DNA of 64,000 bases, taken from Octopus sinensis. Taxonomy: Eukaryota. Below the pieces are notes generated by a model. The model had not been told where the DNA came from and did no database searches. It worked only from the letters and a program-made list of their open reading frames with translations. Made by a program: the position numbers and the translations under genes. Within the stretch, counting starts at the first letter, position 1; every line of letters begins with the position of its first letter. Where the stretch lies: contig NC_042998.1 in the NCBI RefSeq assembly GCF_006345805.1, positions 192,510,001 through 192,574,000 of the forward strand, read 5' to 3'. Of the stretch, positions 13,104 to 26,324 are shown in pieces.

Positions 13104-13840
13104 GGAGTGGCTGTGTGGTAAGTAGCCTGCTTACAAGCCACATGGTTCCGGGTTCAATCCCACTGCGTGACACCTGGGGCAAGTGTCTTCTACTATAGCC
13201 TCGGGCCGACCAATGCCTTGTGAGTGGATTTGGTAGACGGAAACTGAAAGAAACCCGTCGTATATATATATATGTATGTGTGTGTGTTTGTCCCTCCAGT
13301 ATCGCTTGACAACCGATGATGGTGTGTTTACGTCCCCGTAACTTAGCGGTTCGGCAAAAGACACCGATAGAATAAGTACTAGGCTTACAAAGAATAAGTC
13401 CTGGGGGTCGATTTGTTCGACTAAAGGTGGTGCTCCAGTATGGCCACGGTCAAAATGACTGAAACAAGTAAAAGAGTAAAAGATACATAGAGGTGTGGCT
13501 GTGTGGTTAGAAGCTTGCTTAAGAGCCACATGGTACTGGGTTCAGTCTCACTGCATGGTTTTTGGCTAAGTGTTTTCTACTATAGCCTCAGACTGAGTAA
13601 AGCCTTGTGAGTGGATCTGGAGCACCGCCTTTAGTCGAACAAATCGATCACAGGACTTATTCTTTGTAAGCATAGTACTATTCTATCGATCTCTTTGCCG
13701 AACCACTAGCTTACGGGGGGCGTGAACACACCAGCATCAGTTGTCAAGCGATGGTGGGGGGACGGGCACACAACCACACACACACACACACATGCACACA
13801 CACACACACACACACCACACACACACACATGCACACACAT

Positions 13841-13887
<47 letters not shown>

Positions 13888-14050
13888 TATATGTACGACG
13901 GGCTCCTTTCAGTTTCCACCTACCAAATCCACTCAAAAAGCATGAGTCGGCCCGAGGCTATAGTAGAAGACACAGGCCCAAGGTACCACCACGCAGTGGG
14001 ACTAAACCCGGAACCATGTGGTTGGTAAGCAAGCTAAGTTACAGAGCCGT
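13104..14050. mobile_element. SINE-B cluster: full + copy 13104-13482, + head 13490-13616, - copy 13617-14050
   Basis: Three recognisable B segments in tandem and opposite orientation. Confidence 0.8.
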
Positions 14051-14126
14051 AAACAACCCAATACAGATTGCCAAGTGGTAGTGAATGTCAGACACAAATA
14101 CACAAACACACACACACAAATATATA

Positions 14127-14344
14127 TTTCTTTACTACCCACAGGGGGCTAAACATAGAGGGGACGAACAAGGACAGACAAACGGATTAAGTCGATTACA
14201 TCGACACTAGTGCGTAACTGGTACTTAATTTATCGACCCCGAAAGGATGAAAGGCAAAGTCGACCTCGACGGAATTTGAACTCAGAACGTAACGGCAGAC
14301 GAAATACGGCTACGCATTTCGCCCGACGTGCTAACGTTTCTGCC
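14127..14344 (-). mobile_element. SINE-A monomer
   Basis: Matches the A consensus. Confidence 0.85.
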
Positions 14345-14761
14345 ATACACACGACGGGCTTCTTTCAGTTTCCTTCTAACAAATCCATTCACAAGTTTTC
14401 TGGGGCTCTTTTCTTTCTGTTTCCACCTTCTCCCCGATGTCTTGTTTTGCCCTCTCGCCTTCAGTTCGATCATGTAACACGTGTGTGTCTCCAGAACTTA
14501 CGACTGTGACATATTTTTAGTTCGTGGAACATTTTGCTTGGTTATGTTAGTCAGGCAAAGACATTGACATTTGTGGCTGGTTTTATTGACTCGGCTTCTT
14601 TTTTTTTCCCCAATGCTGTATCATTTGTACATCCATCGATTATTATCATTGCTGCCACTGAACATGGAACAACAAACATTCCGGCATTGATGAAGAAGTA
14701 GTTGTTGTTGTTATTGTTATTGTTTTTCCATGATCATATTCTTTAAATGTTGTTGTCGCTG

Positions 14762-15410
14762 TTTGGTGGTGGTGGCGGTGGTGGTGGTGGTGGAAGTGGT
14801 GGTCGTCGTGGTCGTCGTGGTGGTGGTGGTGGTGGTCGTCGTCGTCGTGGTCGTCGTGGTGGTGGTGGTGGTGGTGGTGGTGGTAGTAGTGGTGGCAGTG
14901 GTGGTGGTGGTGGTGTGGTGGTGTGGTGGTGTGGTGGTGGTGGTGTGGTGGTTGTGGTGGTGGTGGTGGTGGCGGTGGTGGTGGTGTGGTGTGGTGGTAG
15001 TAGTGGTGGTGGTGGTTGTGGTGGTGGTGGTGTGGTGGTGTGGTGGTGGTGGTGGTGGCAGTGGTTGGTGGTGGTGGTGGTGGTGGTGGTGGTGGTGGTG
15101 GGCTGGTAGTAGTGGTGGTGGTGGTGTGGTGGTAGTGGTAGTGGTGGCAGTGGTGGTGGTGATGGTGGTGGTGGCGGTGGTGGTGGTGGTGGTTGGTAGT
15201 AGTGGTGGTGATGGTGGTCGTCGTCGTCGTTGTCGTTGTGGCGGCGGCGGTGGTGGTGGTGGTGGTGGTGGTGGTATTGGCGGTAATTGTGTTTGTATTG
15301 ATGGTGGTGCTGGTGAATGGTGTTGGTGCTGGAGCTGCTGGAGCTGCTGCTGCGTCTGCCGCTGCTGCTGGCGGTGGTGGTGGTGATGGTCGTGGCCGTG
15401 GTGGTAGTGA
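14762..15410. repeat. Degenerate (GGT)n/(GTC)n low-complexity tract
   Basis: About 650 bp of GGT/GTG/GTC triplets. Confidence 0.95.
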
Positions 15411-15600
15411 TGACCATATCAATTACTTATACAGCTCTGGGTATGTGCAGCGCTCTATTCTTTTCCACATCTCATATTGTATTGATAGTGCTATACACAA
15501 AACTAGTCTAGTCTTACTTTCAGTATATCGTGCATATTCTATAGTCCTGGAGTTTTAGGTTAAGTATTGGTCGACATATACTTTTAACATTCTCCAGTCA

Positions 15601-15832
15601 AAGGAGGCGAGCTGGCAGAACCGTTAGCACACCGGGCGAAATGCGTAGCCGTATTTCGTCTGTCGTTACGTTCTGAGTTCAAATTCCGCCGAGGTCGACT
15701 TTGCCTTTCATCCTTTCGGGGTCGATAAATTAAGTACCAGTTTCGCACTGGAGTCGATGTAATCAACTTAATCCGTTTGTCTGTTCTTGTTTGTCCCCTC
15801 TATGTTTAGCCCCTTGTGGGTAGTAAAGAAAT
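15601..15832 (+). mobile_element. SINE-A monomer with 25-bp TSD
   Basis: Flanks are ATATACTTTTAACATTCTCCAGTCA (15576-15600) and ATATACTTTTAACATTCCCAAGTCA (15833-15857), 23/25 identical. Confidence 0.9.
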
Positions 15833-16184
15833 ATATACTTTTAACATTCCCAAGTCATCTATCATTATAGGGATTGTTTCTTTATTTAGCCTATGCACTC
15901 TGGTTATGAGTTGCTAGACATTCTATGGAGAGAATTTCTCCTTTTTATATATTTTGTGCGGCGAATAATTGTCTATTGTACTGCGATCAAGAAACATTTC
16001 TTTCCCAGTTGTCCTCGATGACAATTTCCAACCAGTTATCGTTGATCTTCTTATCTGTGTAGATTAGAATATCCCAGAATGAGAGTATGGTCGCTTTGTG
16101 CGAAAATTCCTGGCCACAAACCTCGAACCCAGAAAGGAAAAAGGAAATTCAAAACCAAGATTATCCTACACAGAACAATAATCT

Positions 16185-16835
16185 TTTCTACTCTAGGCAC
16201 AAGGCCCGAAATTTTGTAGAAGGGGGCCAGTCGATTAAATCAACCCCAGTACACAATTGGTACTTAATTTATCGACCCCAAAAGGATGTAAGGTGAAGTC
16301 GACCTCGGCGGAATTTGAACTCAGAACAAAGCGGCAGACGAAATACCTATTTCTTTACTACCCACAAGGGGCTAAACACAGAGAGGACAAACAAGGACAG
16401 ACAAATGGATTAAGTCAATTATATCGACCCCAGTACGTAACTGGTAATTATTATTATTCATGTTCTGAGTTCAACTTCTGCCAAGGTAGACTTAGCCTTT
16501 CATCCTTTCGGGGTCGATAAAATAAGTACCAGTTACACACTGGGGTCAATGCAAGCGACTTAATCCCTCCCCCTAAATTTCAGGCCTTGTGCCCATAGTA
16601 GAAAGGATTATTATTCCTTAAAGCACAAGCATTAGCACGGTGGGCGAAATGCTTAGCAGCATTTTATCTGTCTTCATGTTTCTCCATTAAAATTCCACCA
16701 AGGTCGACTTAGCCTTTCATCCTTAAGGGGGGTCAATAAAATAAGTAGTGGCTGAATACTGGGGTCAATTTAATTGGCTATCCCCTTCCCCCAAATTTCA
16801 GGCTTTGGACCTATAGAGGAAAGGATGATTATCAT
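16185..16835. mobile_element. Cluster of SINE-A and A-like fragments in both orientations
   Basis: Minus copy at ~16185-16446, then two plus-strand partial copies. Confidence 0.7.
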
Positions 16836-16858
16836 TATTGTGGCCAATAAAAGAAATC

Positions 16859-16944
<86 letters not shown>

Positions 16945-16960
16945 CATCATCATCATCATC

Positions 16961-17004
<44 letters not shown>

Positions 17005-17022
17005 CATTATTATTATTATTAT

Positions 17023-17493
17023 TGAGTGAGAGAGCAGTTCATGCCATCAAAGTGACACTGGGGTAAAATATACGAAGCCCAATATACCCATCATGACTAC
17101 CCGTCTGATAAAGGTACACCAGGCACATGCATCACAACCATATGTGCGCTACATGGTGATCTCATATCAAGATAAACAGCACATGACCTTGCAGGTGGGG
17201 CCCTGTTAGAATTTTCTTCAGGTTGAGTAGCCCATCCCGCTCAAACGGTCCCTGAATAAGGGTTGTTTAAGGATGTTGAAAGAACCACCCATGTTTCCAG
17301 AGGTGAACTATTCAAACCCCAAAGAATCCCTCTCAACACATGGCTATGATGCTCCCCCACTACTTCTGCTCGTGATCAGAGATGCACATATCGTCAGCCA
17401 CTAAGGGACATGCTCAACTGGTTAAGGTCAAACAACTGACAAGCAAATCTGTGGTATTGAGCAGAATATTTGCTGTAGCCCATCTTTTATACC
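17023..17493 (-). mobile_element. Family H retroposon between (ATT)n tracts
   Basis: Near-identical reverse complement of 1286-1752. (ATT)n/(CAT)n lies at 16856-17022 and (ATT)n at ~17495-17578. Confidence 0.85.
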
Positions 17494-17495
17494 AA

Positions 17496-17527
<32 letters not shown>

Positions 17528-17936
17528 TATTATTATTATTATTATTATTATATTATTATTATTATTATTATTATTATTTCTTAACTTCCCCAAATTCAAT
17601 TAATCTTCCTGATTTACATTGCACCTGCAGCAGACAAACCCCATTAATCAGAGTGCTTTAATAAATGTCTGTTCAGAAATGCCATAGAGGAGCAAGCAGC
17701 AACTCATATTTTATATGCCAAAAGCACTACTCACCTATAAACACGACATTTTCTTATACCTACCAAAAACTAAATATATCATCTATGGCATTAAGAAGGG
17801 CATCCAGCTGTAGAAACTCTGCCAGATCAGATTGGAGTCTGGTGCAGCCATCTGGTTCGCCAGGCCTCAGTCACATTGTCCAACCCATGCTAGCATGGAA
17901 AGCGGACGTTAAACGATGATGATGATAGATGTGAAC

Positions 17937-17994
<58 letters not shown>

Positions 17995-18214
17995 GTATAT
18001 GCAGCATGGAGCTTTGTCAGTGAACAGGTCGCAGTCTCAAAGCGATGAAAATATTTTAACAAATTAAATTTAAATGTTGAAGTGAATCTAACGTATTTTG
18101 TGTATTTCTTAAATGGCTTATAAACACCTTCCACGCTGCAATTGTTTTCGTTCTAGCACACGATCTCAGATCAAGTCACTCACTATGCAAGTACATCTCC
18201 GTAATATATGTATA

Positions 18215-18389
18215 TATGTATGTTTGTATGTATGTATGTATGTATGTATGTATGTATGTATGCATGTATGTATGTATGTATGTATGTATGTATGTATGTA
18301 TGTATGTATGTATGCATGCTGTATGTATGTATGTATGTATGTATGTATGTATGTATGTATGTATGTATGTATGTATGTATGTATGTATG

Positions 18390-18423
<34 letters not shown>

Positions 18424-18691
18424 TGTATGTATGTATGTATGTATGTATGTATGTATGTATGTATGTATGTATGTATGTATGTATGTATGTATTTATGTAT
18501 GTATGTATGTATGTATGTATGTATGTATGTATGTATGTATGCATGTATGTATGTATGTATGCATGTATGTATGCATGTATGTATGTATGTATGTATGTAT
18601 GTATGTATGTATGTGTATGTATGTATGTATGCATGTATGTATGCATGTATGTATGTATGTATGCATGTATGTATGTATGTATGTATGTATG

Positions 18692-18725
<34 letters not shown>

Positions 18726-19011
18726 TGTGTATGTATGTATGTATGTATGTATGTATGTATGTATGCATGTATGTATGCATGCATGCATGTATGTATGTAT
18801 GTATGTATGTATGTATGTATGTATGTATGTATGTATGTATGCATGCATGTATGCATGCATGTATGTATGTATGTATGTATGTATGTATGTATGTATGTAT
18901 GCATGCATGTATGCATGCATGCATGTATGTATGTATGTATGTATGTATGTATGTATGCATGTATGCATGTATGTATGTATGTATGTATGTATGTATGGGG
19001 ATGTATGTATG

Positions 19012-19073
<62 letters not shown>

Positions 19074-19209
19074 TGTATGTATGCATGTATGCATGCATGT
19101 ATGTATGTATGTATGTATGTATGTATGTATGTATGTATGTATGTATGTATGTATGTATGTATGTATGTATGTATGTATGTATGTATGTATGGGGATGTAT
19201 ATGTATGTT

Positions 19210-19241
<32 letters not shown>

Positions 19242-19445
19242 TGTATGTATGTATGTATGTATGCATGCATGTGTGTATGTATGCATGCATGCATGTATGT
19301 ATGTATGTATGTATGCATGCATGTATGTATGTATGCATGCATGCATGCATGCATGTATGTATGTATGTATGTATGCATGCATGCATGCATGCATGCATGT
19401 ATGTATGTATGTATGTATGTATGTATGTATGTATGTATGTATGTA
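18215..19445. repeat. (ATGT)n/(ATGC)n tetranucleotide microsatellite, ~1.2 kb
   Basis: Source of the YVCM/HTYI pseudo-ORFs. Confidence 0.98.
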
Positions 19446-19907
19446 TACCTATATATGAGAGAGATGGATGCATATATATATATGTATATGTGTGGGTTTC
19501 ATAGTTAGCAAAGTTGTATTCCGTAGCAGAAAATATTGCATCTAAGAAGTTCCTAAAAATATTAAATATAGATAAAGAATAATTAATTTGTTCTGATTAC
19601 CCTCTAATTAACCACTGCCAACTGAAAATTGCTTCTTTTATATTATTATTTTCTTTGTTTTTTCTCCTTCAAACATAATAAAATAATCTGCATCTCCAAA
19701 TTCACTAACATTGTCTTAGAGTGGCTGAAGACTTGGTCATAGAATCTTTCATCTACTTTGGATCATTGAACTAGTTTTATTCATCTTTTCATTTGAAGCT
19801 GTTGTTACTATTATTGTTGTTTAACCCTGAGTCAGCTAAGATATTTAGGACTGCTTTATCCTTCCAACCTTTTCTTCCTTTTCTTTTTTTAAAATAGTTT
19901 AACATGT

Positions 19908-20607
19908 TTAACCCTTTCGTTACTGTATTTATTTTAAAATGCTCTGTGTTTCTTTCAATTACTTTAAATATAACAAAGAATTTAGTAAAATAACTAAGTT
20001 ATCATTAAGCTAGTGTTAGGAACATAAATTGTGACTATGGTTTGGTGGAAGATTTTAATTCAAAACTTATGAAAACAAGACTTTTGTACTCAGAACCAGA
20101 GCCAGTTTCAGCCAGGTTGCTATCAAAAGGGTTAAGAATTGTTTCTCTATTATATATTTTAACCCTTTCATTACTGTATTTCTTTTGAGATGCTCTGTGT
20201 TTCTTTCAGTTAATTTTAAATATAACAAATAATTTAGTAAAATAACTTTGTTATCATTCAGCTAGTGTTAGGAACATAAATTGTGACTAAGGTTTCGTGG
20301 AAGATTTTCAAAACTTATGAAAACAAGACATTTGTACTACAGAGCCAGAGCCGGTTTCAGCCAGGTTGGTAACAAAAGGATCAACACTTATACCAACCTG
20401 GCTGAAACCACCCCTGGCTCTGTAGTACAAATGTCTTGTTTTCAAAAGTTCTGAATTAAAATCTTCCACCAAATCTTAGTCACAGTTTATCTTCCTAACA
20501 CTAGCTGAATGATAACTAAGTTATTTTACTAAATTCTTTGTTATATTTAAAATTAACTGAAAGAAACACAGAGCATTTCCACAGAAATATGGTAACAAAA
20601 GGGTTAA
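19908..20607. mobile_element. Three adjacent copies of a ~225-bp TTAA/piggyBac-type MITE (family G)
   Basis: Ends are TTAA-CCCTTT...AAAGGG-TTAA. Copies lie at 19908-20135 (+), 20159-20384 (+) and ~20387-20607 (-). Confidence 0.8.
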
Positions 20608-20802
20608 GCGGGAGTGTTCTCACCTTGGCCTCCATGTACTTTATTAAGTTGTTGTGCATCTAAAGCAACTGGGTTGTTTAACCCTTTGGTTACCAAATTT
20701 CTGGTGAAATACACTGTCTTTCATCATCATCATCATCATCATCACCATCATCATCATCAACGGCGTCATCATCATCATCATCATCATCATCATCACCATC
20801 AC

Positions 20803-20838
<36 letters not shown>

Positions 20839-21154
20839 TTTTAACATCAATTTTCCATGCTAGAATTGGTCAGACTATTTGACCAGAGCTGGCAGGCAGG
20901 AGTGCTGCACCAGATCACCATCATCATCATCATCATCATCGTCACCATCATCGTCATCAGCATCAGCATCATCATCACCAAAAAAAGAGAGTTGTCTTTA
21001 GTAATAAAGACTATGGATTGCCACATACAACATGCTGCTCATCTTTTATCTTTTACTTGTTTCAGTCATTGGACCGCAGCCATACTGGGGCACTACTTTG
21101 AAGGGTTTTAATCAAATAAAAGTCTTCCACCAAACCATTATCATCATTATCATC

Positions 21155-21186
<32 letters not shown>

Positions 21187-21651
21187 CATTTTAAACATCA
21201 ATTTTCCATGCTTGAATGGGTCGGACTGTGTTGACCAGAGCTGGCAAGCAGGAGACCTACACCAGGTTCCCGTCTGATTTTGTTTGGTTCCTATGGCTAG
21301 ATGCCCTTCCTAATGCCAACCACATTACAGCGTGTGCTGTGTGCTTTTAACGTGACACCACCTTTGTTGCAATTAATTTTGAAGTTAACGAAGAATTTAG
21401 TGAAATACCTTTGTCAATATTAGCTGGTGTTTGGAACATAGCAAAATTTTTATGAAAGATTTTCCTTTAGATTCTTTTAAAATGGGATATGTGTATCAAA
21501 GAATCAAGGGTGGTCTTAAGTAGATTAGTATCAAAATGGTTGAAGTATTCTTCAGAGAGTGTATATAAAAGTAAAGTCAGTGGAAGAAATAGGCCAAGAA
21601 ATATGAATCAATTAAAACTACATTTTCAGTAATGAGGAGAGAGAAAAAAAG

Positions 21652-21654
<3 letters not shown>

Positions 21655-21688
<34 letters not shown>

Positions 21689-22225
21689 GTTTAATGTCCA
21701 TTTTCCATGCTAGCACGGGTTTGACGGTTTGACTGGGGTCTGGGAAGCCAGGAGGCTGCACCAGGATCCAGTCTGATCTGGCAGTGTTTCTATAGCTGGA
21801 TGCCCATCCTAACGCCAACCACTCCATGAGTGTAGTGGGTGATTTTTACGTGCCACCGGTACAGGTGCCAGGGGAGGCTGGCAACAGTCACAATCGGTTG
21901 GTGCTTTTTACGCGCCACCGGCACAGAAGCAAGTCAAGGCGGTGCTGGCATCAGCCACGTTCGGATGGTGCTTGTTACGTGCCACCAGCACAGGTGCCAG
22001 GGGAGGCTGGCAGTGGCTACGATCAGATTGGTGCTTTTTACGTGCCACCAGCACAGAAGCCAGTCAAGGCGGTGCTGGCATCTGCCACGTTTGGATGGTG
22101 CTTGTTAGAGGCCACTGGCACAGGTGCCAGGGGAGGCTTGGTACTTTTTACGTGCCACCGGCACAGAAGCCAGTCAAGGTGGCGCTGGCATTGGCCACAT
22201 TCGGACAGTGCTTTTTACATGCCTT
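21655..22225 (-). mobile_element. Family C RTE-like non-autonomous retroposon with several 5' tandem modules
   Basis: GGCGTTAGGA(A/T)GGGCATCCAGC motif, ...GGACATTAAAC(GAT)n tail, and repeated GTGCCGGTGGCACGTAAAAAGCACC modules. About 20 copies occur in the window. Confidence 0.75.
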
Positions 22226-22768
22226 GATTAATCCTAGTCAAGAAAGGGAAAGGAAGCAACTCTGAAATTTAAGCTATTTAAAACTGATTGTAGAAGAGGG
22301 GGAGATTATGGTGTGGGAGAAGGTTATAAGTTGAAGTAGTGTAGGTTGTATTGCTTGTATTTGTGTCAATTGTTCTGGAAGTTTTAATTCTCAGGTAGAA
22401 CTATAACACAAGATTAAAAATTCAAATACAGCAGCTTTATTGTGATTTTGTCTACACACTCTTTCATGCAATCTGCACCATTTACTACAAATCTAGAATA
22501 CAATACATTGATAATTAGAGGATTGTTGAGTTCTTTGACCAATCCAGTTTGTTTGTAAATGGTTGAGAGACCAGACAGTGGCCATAAGGTACTTCTGTCC
22601 AGTTTCTGAACTCATTCAGTGTAACGGCCAGATTTTCATTAACAAACTTCCATGATTGCTTACCAACCACATGGTTCCAGGTTCAGTCTACTAAAGCCTC
22701 GGGCTGACCAAAGCCTTGTGAGTGGATTTGGTAGACAGAAACTGAAAGAAGCCCACCGTATATATGTA

Positions 22769-22828
<60 letters not shown>

Positions 22829-24538
22829 GTATGTATATATGTGTGTGTGTGTGTGTGTTTGTGTGTCTGTTTGTCCCCATAACTTAGCGGTTCGGCAAAA
22901 GAGACTGATAGAATAAGTACTAGGCTTATAAAGAATAAGTCCTGGGGTCGATGTGCTCGACTAAAGGTGGTGCTCCAGCATGGCTGCAGTCAAATGACTG
23001 AAACAAGTAAAAGAGTAAAAAAAGAGAGTTGTCTTTAGTAATAAAGACTATGGATTGCCACATACAACGTGCTGCTCATCTTTTATCTTTTACTTGTTTC
23101 AGCCATTGGACTGCAGCCATGCTGGGGCACTACTTTGAAGGGTTTTAATCAAATAAAAGTCTTAGAGTCTGATACTTATTCCATCAGTCACTTTTGCACC
23201 AAACAGCTAAATTATGGTGACGTAAACAAATCATCACCAGTTGTGAAGTGGCGAGGGAAACAGACACAAACACACACATATATAGACACTCATCATCATC
23301 ATTTAACATCCGCTTTCCATGCTAGTATGGGTTGGACGATTTTGACTGAGGGCTGGCGAACCAGATGGCTGCGCCAGACTCCAATCTTGATTTGGCAGAG
23401 CTTCTACAACTGCATGCCTTTCCTAACGCCAACCACTCCGAGAGTGTAGTGGGTGCTTTTTACGTGCCACCGGCACGGGGCCAGTCAGGCGGTACAGGCA
23501 ACGACCTCGCTCGAATCTTTTTACACATGCCACCAGCACATACTTATACAAAGGTCTTCTTTCAGTTTCCATCTGCCAAGGTTTTGGTTGGCCCAGAGCT
23601 ATAGTAGAAGACCCTTTCCCAAAGTCATACAGTGGGACTGAATCTGAGATCATGTGGCTGGGAAGGCAATGCCGGTGTCTAACCTTTGACTAAAGACTTC
23701 TTTAGGAATGAATTCGGTAACATTGGTTTCAAATTTTGGTACAAGGTCAGCAGGCTGGAGGGATGGGCCAAGTCAGTTGCATTGACTTCAGTGTTCAATC
23801 GATATTTATTTTATTGACCCCAAAAGGATGAAAGACAAAGGTGACCTCAGCAGAGTTTGAACCCAGAATGTAAAAATTGATGAAATGCTGCTAAGCATTT
23901 TGCCTGGCATGCTAATGATTCTTCTCGCTCAATGCCTTAATGAAACCTGTTCTATTGATTAATGGATCATGTTTGCACTTTCACTAGTTCCAGCCAGTGG
24001 GTTGTGAACAAGCTGGGGTTGGTTAACATAATTTCATCATTATCATCGTCATCATTGTTTAATGTCCGCTTTCCATGCTAGCATGGGTTGGACGATTTTG
24101 ACTGAGGGCTGGCGAACCAGATGGCTGCACCAGGCTTCAATCTTGATCTGGCAGAGTTTCTACAGCTGGATGCCCTTCCTAACGTCAACCACTCTGAGAG
24201 TGTAGTGGGTACTTTTATGTGCCACCGGCACGGGGCCAGTCAGGTGGCACTGGCAACGACATCGCTCGAATCTTTTACACATGCCAACGGCGCGGCTGCC
24301 AGTAAGGTGACGCTGATAACGATCATGCTCGAATGGTGTTTTTTACGTGGAAATTGAAAAATACATTTTTAAAGAATATTTCTTTGTAATTTTATGAATT
24401 ATTGAATGTATGATGTGTAAGATCCGCAGGGGAGGAGAAATGGGAAACTGTGTCATTCATGAGTTTCCCATAGTTCAGAGTAATGTGCAACAGATCCAAT
24501 GCAAAGTCAAAGCCAGACATACTTCACAAAATACTTAC

Positions 24539-24580
24539 CATTTTGATGCAGCAGCTGCCTCTGACATGGAATAATAATTA
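24539..24580 (-). other. Candidate short exon with start codon (MSEAAAASK...)
   Basis: tttgctgtag|...ccATGTCAGAGGCAGCTGCTGCATCAAAATG|gtaagt in unique sequence. No partner exon was identified. Confidence 0.25.
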
Positions 24581-25332
24581 CTACAGCAAAGTTTCCTATA
24601 AGTTTACTATTATTATTATTACAGTCAGGAATTTAAGTCATATTCCTTCACAAAATTATTTGAAAAATCAGTAGTTAATGGGGAAAAAAATAAAGAATTT
24701 CATTTTCATACAAAAGCAAAAATAGAATTGTTCAGTACTGTTCTGTGTAGTTTATTGGTTCTGTACAAAATTCCTTTGAAAGTGAAAAAAAAAAAAACCC
24801 ATGAAAATTATGTTATTTAAATTAATTATTAAAAAAAAAAAAAAACGGCTTGTGTTATCAAAACTAGATTTTACAAGTGCATGTCAAGATAAAAATTGAA
24901 AAAGTTGATTTAAGCAAACATTTGTCAATTTATTTGAATGCTTGATCAAACTTTTTTTTACTGAATGCATAAATGTAAACAAAAAAAATTAAACAAGTTA
25001 ATACAGGGGACATTTGAATATGATTTAAACTCTAATCTCCATTTTCCATGGTTACACAATAAAGGAAGAACTTTTCTAACATGAAGTTCCTTGACAACAC
25101 CCAATAAGTCATCAATAAATAAAGGAAGTAAAATGCTACATACATGTAAATATAAAAGAATATAAAAGGATTCCGGATACTGAATCGGCATTGAATCTCC
25201 TGAACAAATTCATGCAACATTCCAATTTATCCTTGCAAAAATAATTTATTTTCTATTAAATCAAAGACGTATATTTGCAAAGTGCAACAAATAAACTTTA
25301 CAGTTATAAATGCATGTATGTGTACGTATGTA

Positions 25333-25399
<67 letters not shown>

Positions 25400-25907
25400 T
25401 GTGTGTGTTGTGGCATGTAAAAACCACCAACCGATCGTGGCCGTTTGCCAGCCTCCCCTGGCACCTGTGCCAGTGGCATGTAAAAAGCACCCACTAACTA
25501 CACTCACGGAGTGGTTGGCGTTAGGAAGGGCATCCAGCTGTAGAAACACTGCCAGATCAGACTGGAGCCTGGTACTCTACTGGTCCCATATGCATATTTA
25601 CAAATGAACCAATTACAAAGACATATTTTACAAATAGAGAATTCTTTCAGAGCATTCAACTGACAAGAAATAGGAACCAAGCTCCTTCAAATCATACCCC
25701 ATATGTATTTTTGTTTTGTTTTTTTTATCTTTTTATTATTTGTTTTTGGGTTTTTTTCATTTTATTCTATTTATTTTTTACTAAAGAAGGCTTCATTGAC
25801 AAAAATAGTCTCTGGTATATTAAAAAAAAGGATGGGCAAGGCTGGAATGCCTTTGATCATAGGTTTATTAAATAAGAGGTGACCTGGTATTAAAGAACAA
25901 ACAAACA

Positions 25908-26324
25908 GGATCTTTTCGGTTTGAAAGGCAGTTTTTTCTGGCGGTGTCATATGAAATTGTCACCCATAATTATGACCCTAGTATAGATCTATTGCATTTC
26001 AATCTGTTTTAGGGTTAGGATTAGGGGTGGGGGGAAGGGTATCTTTTTTTCTTCACAAATGTAAATAAACCCAATCTGTTTCTTAAACGAGGGACATATT
26101 CATACAGTACAGAATGTTTTTTTACCTCAATACACGTCATTGATTGGTTGAAATTGCAGAAATTGAAGAAAAAAACAACAAATATCTTACAAACTATAGA
26201 ATTTTCTCAATAAAGCCAAGAGAAAAATATGTTTTATAAACACATCCTACCAGTATACGAAGTTTAAAATTTTTTAGTTACCTAGGAATTATGTTAAAAA
26301 CTGCCATTCAAACCGAAAAGATCC
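25908..26324 (+). mobile_element. ~417-bp MITE (family I) with 29-bp TIRs and internal TTAGGG repeats
   Basis: GGATCTTTTCGGTTTGAA(C/A)GGCAGTTTTT ... AAAAACTGCC(A/G)TTCAAACCGAAAAGATCC. Flanks are compatible with an 8-bp TSD (AACAAACA). Confidence 0.85.

Noticed and set aside
14646-15558. Pro/His/Thr/Val/Gly-rich ORFs
   Set aside because: Translation of (GGT)n. Open on both strands in several frames.
18113-19508. Long ORFs of 300-463 aa (YVCM/HTYI repeats)
   Set aside because: Translation of the (ATGT)n microsatellite, with no protein-like complexity.
22548-22588. Plus-strand exon candidate (ccag|FVCKWLRDQTVAI|gtactt)
   Set aside because: Weak donor, an equally open frame on the other strand, and no linked exons.
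24958-25220. Possible decayed LINE RT (LFIDDLL...WRLE)
   Set aside because: Too short and degenerate to assign by eye.
26009-26027. Interstitial telomere / chromosome fusion scar
   Set aside because: Only 2-4 imperfect TTAGGG units, and they are internal to a MITE present three times.
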